DNA from: an uncultured Sulfurovum sp.
Lineage (GTDB): Bacteria; Campylobacterota; Campylobacteria; Campylobacterales; Sulfurovaceae
DNA: 64,000 nucleotides
Assembly (NCBI GenBank): GCA_947311605.1
Contig: CAMZLC010000058.1
Coordinates: 4,707 to 68,706 of the forward strand
Direction of reading: 5' to 3'
The translations under genes and the position numbers were made by a program. Shown here piece after piece: positions 62,582-64,000 of the stretch (within the stretch, counting starts at the first letter, position 1; the number at the start of each line of letters is the position of its first letter). A model generated the notes under the pieces. The model was not told where the DNA came from and ran no database searches. It saw nothing but the letters and a program-made list of their open reading frames with translations.

Positions 62582-63271
62582 CTAACGCCAAACTTGGCGT
62601 AAAACACCAAAAGCCTCTGCAACAGAAAAACCAGCATGAGCTCCTCTTAGTATGGCCTGAGACTCAATAGCCTTGTATGACCGAGAATGAGGGAATGCTT
62701 TCATTTCAGAATCGTAACAATGTAAAGCCTCGAGTTTCCGATGATACGTATTTGTGATATCAACCGAATGCACAGGTGAAAACGTTCCTGTCTGTCCGGA
62801 TAGGCTCAACTCAGTGCTGGAAAGTACTTCAAAACTAAATATAGCCGTGATCTTACTAGAAGGAGATGGACGACATGCGGTCAGTACAGCACGATGGGTA
62901 ATCTGATGATCAATATTCAAATCATAGCCGTGGTGGGTGTAAATAATATCAGGATTAATTTTTTCTATAAAGGGTTCTATTAGCTGCACAACTTCCAATA
63001 AGGACAGGCTGTCCATCCTGTTATCTGGTAAATTCAATAAAATAGGTGCGTGAGCACCTAAAATTGCTGCGGCATCAGCAGAAACCTGATTTCTTAAATC
63101 CACATCTTTTTGCCCCTTCCCTCTGGAAGTGACACCATCTGCCAGAATGAGCACATATACATCATCTCCTTGATCAGCATGCTTGGCAATGGTACCACCA
63201 CACCCCAACACCTCATCATCTTGATGAGCTGCAACAACTAATATTGTCTCTTTATTTTTGTGGGTTACCAT
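62582..63271 (-). CDS. PIG-L/LmbE family N-acetyl-sugar deacetylase
   Basis: ILVVAAHQDDEVLGCGGTI plus the downstream HxDH-type block (HHGYDLNIDHQITH). Confidence 0.85.
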   Translation of the reverse strand: MVTHKNKETILVVAAHQDDEVLGCGGTIAKHADQGDDVYVLILADGVTSRGKGQKDVDLRNQVSADAAAILGAHAPILLNLPDNRMDSLSLLEVVQLIEPFIEKINPDIIYTHHGYDLNIDHQITHRAVLTACRPSPSSKITAIFSFEVLSSTELSLSGQTGTFSPVHSVDITNTYHRKLEALHCYDSEMKAFPHSRSYKAIESQAILRGAHAGFSVAEAFGVLRQVWR

Positions 63272-63969
63272 TTTGTCCCTAGCTTTTGTTCTTCGGAAAG
63301 AATCCGCAAAGAACTATGGCCATATCTAAAAAGTAAATCCAGTATCGACAGATTAGGAAAAAATTCACTTCTCGACTGGTCGTAATGAGGATATTTGTAG
63401 TCGTGAAAAAGAACTTCGATATTTGCTTTATCAAACACTTTGCGATCTAAATATTCTCGGCCAAAAGGACCAGAGACGTACTTCGATGCTCCCACTTCCT
63501 TGCACAAGTTCAAAATAAGATCACTCTTAGTCCCAGAAACACCCATCTCCGTACTGTATTGAAGCGGTGTTGTAATCGTCAGCGATTGAAGTAAATAATT
63601 GCTTATCTCCCTAAGCAGGTCGTTTAAAAATACCCAGTCTCGTTCATAGAATGATACTATATCATTAAAATATTCATTGAAACAAGCCGCTTTGGAATAA
63701 CACTGTCTAATTGTTTCTTTATGTTTATTTTTCCATTTAACATCTTGATTAATTGTTATTGCATTAATCGCCGAGGTGAAATTTCCTTTTTTATTGATTG
63801 GTACTGTTAGCCATATGGGCCCATGTAATCCTAAAATTTTATTGCGATGTGTAACCCCACGTCTTTCGATTTGTACGTCATCAAGTACGATTGCAAGGTC
63901 TGATTTGTTGATACGATCAAAATAACCTAACCAAGGGAGGTAAGCGGGCTGGGCAATAGATACAATCAA
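63265..63969 (-). CDS. WbqC-family protein
   Basis: N-terminal SIAQPAYLPWLGYFDRI, the hallmark of WbqC-like proteins. TTG start preceded by AAGGAG at 5 nt. 7-nt overlap with the PIG-L gene. Confidence 0.8.
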   Translation of the reverse strand: MIVSIAQPAYLPWLGYFDRINKSDLAIVLDDVQIERRGVTHRNKILGLHGPIWLTVPINKKGNFTSAINAITINQDVKWKNKHKETIRQCYSKAACFNEYFNDIVSFYERDWVFLNDLLREISNYLLQSLTITTPLQYSTEMGVSGTKSDLILNLCKEVGASKYVSGPFGREYLDRKVFDKANIEVLFHDYKYPHYDQSRSEFFPNLSILDLLFRYGHSSLRILSEEQKLGTKW

Positions 63970-64000
63970 ACCATCTCCTTATATAAAAACATCGTAAAAT

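Noticed and set aside
1-64000. Search by eye for CRISPR arrays, tRNA/rRNA genes, IS elements, integrases, toxin-antitoxin or defence-system genes
   Set aside because: I found no regularly spaced direct repeats, no cloverleaf-like or rRNA-like conserved segments, and no transposase or integrase motifs (DDE, or tyrosine recombinase R-H-R-Y context). I also saw no nuclease- or ATPase-type defence signatures; every long ORF fits glycan biosynthesis or export. A computational scan would be needed to exclude small structured RNAs.

Overview
Almost the whole window (3263-63969) is one co-directional, minus-strand glycan-assembly super-locus of more than 50 tightly packed genes, many with overlapping stop/start codons. 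Only two plus-strand genes lie outside it at the left edge: a 5'-truncated GlpD-like FAD oxidoreductase and an AsnB-like amidotransferase. I found no rRNA, tRNA, CRISPR array, transposase or integrase. The recognisable modules run as follows, in transcription order from high to low coordinates. (1) WbqC and a PIG-L deacetylase, two LbH acetyltransferases and an MsbA/PglK-type fused ABC exporter. (2) An unusual block combining a Gfo/Idh/MocA oxidoreductase, a shikimate-dehydrogenase-like enzyme, a DAHP/KDO8P-synthase-like aldolase, a DapA/NanA-like aldolase, an enolase-superfamily dehydratase and two cytidylyltransferases. This looks like a pathway for a non-standard CMP-activated 3-deoxy-ulosonic acid. 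(3) Two polyprenyl-phosphate GT2 plus GT-C pairs, a GtrA protein, two methyltransferases and several GT4 enzymes. (4) A pgl-like diNAcBac-type priming module with a CapD/PglF dehydratase, a DegT aminotransferase, an LbH acetyltransferase and a PglC-type phosphoglycosyltransferase. (5) A Wzy_C/O-antigen-ligase-family protein, then Wzm and a Wzt carrying a C-terminal binding domain. Immediately after Wzt comes a sulfotransferase with a coiled-coil tail, a candidate chain terminator. (6) A run of paralogous GT2 enzymes with coiled-coil tails, a large HAD-domain protein, further membrane proteins, UDP-xylose synthase, a GT4 and an acetyltransferase. Non-coding observations are a 37-nt promoter-like element present twice (33/37 identical), a 41-nt relic of a neighbouring gene in an intergenic region, a hidden 56-codon ORF, and one good intrinsic terminator splitting the locus. 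All calls rest on motif recognition by eye; no database searches or composition statistics were run. Many start codons are uncertain because the ORF track reports the longest ATG/GTG/TTG extension.
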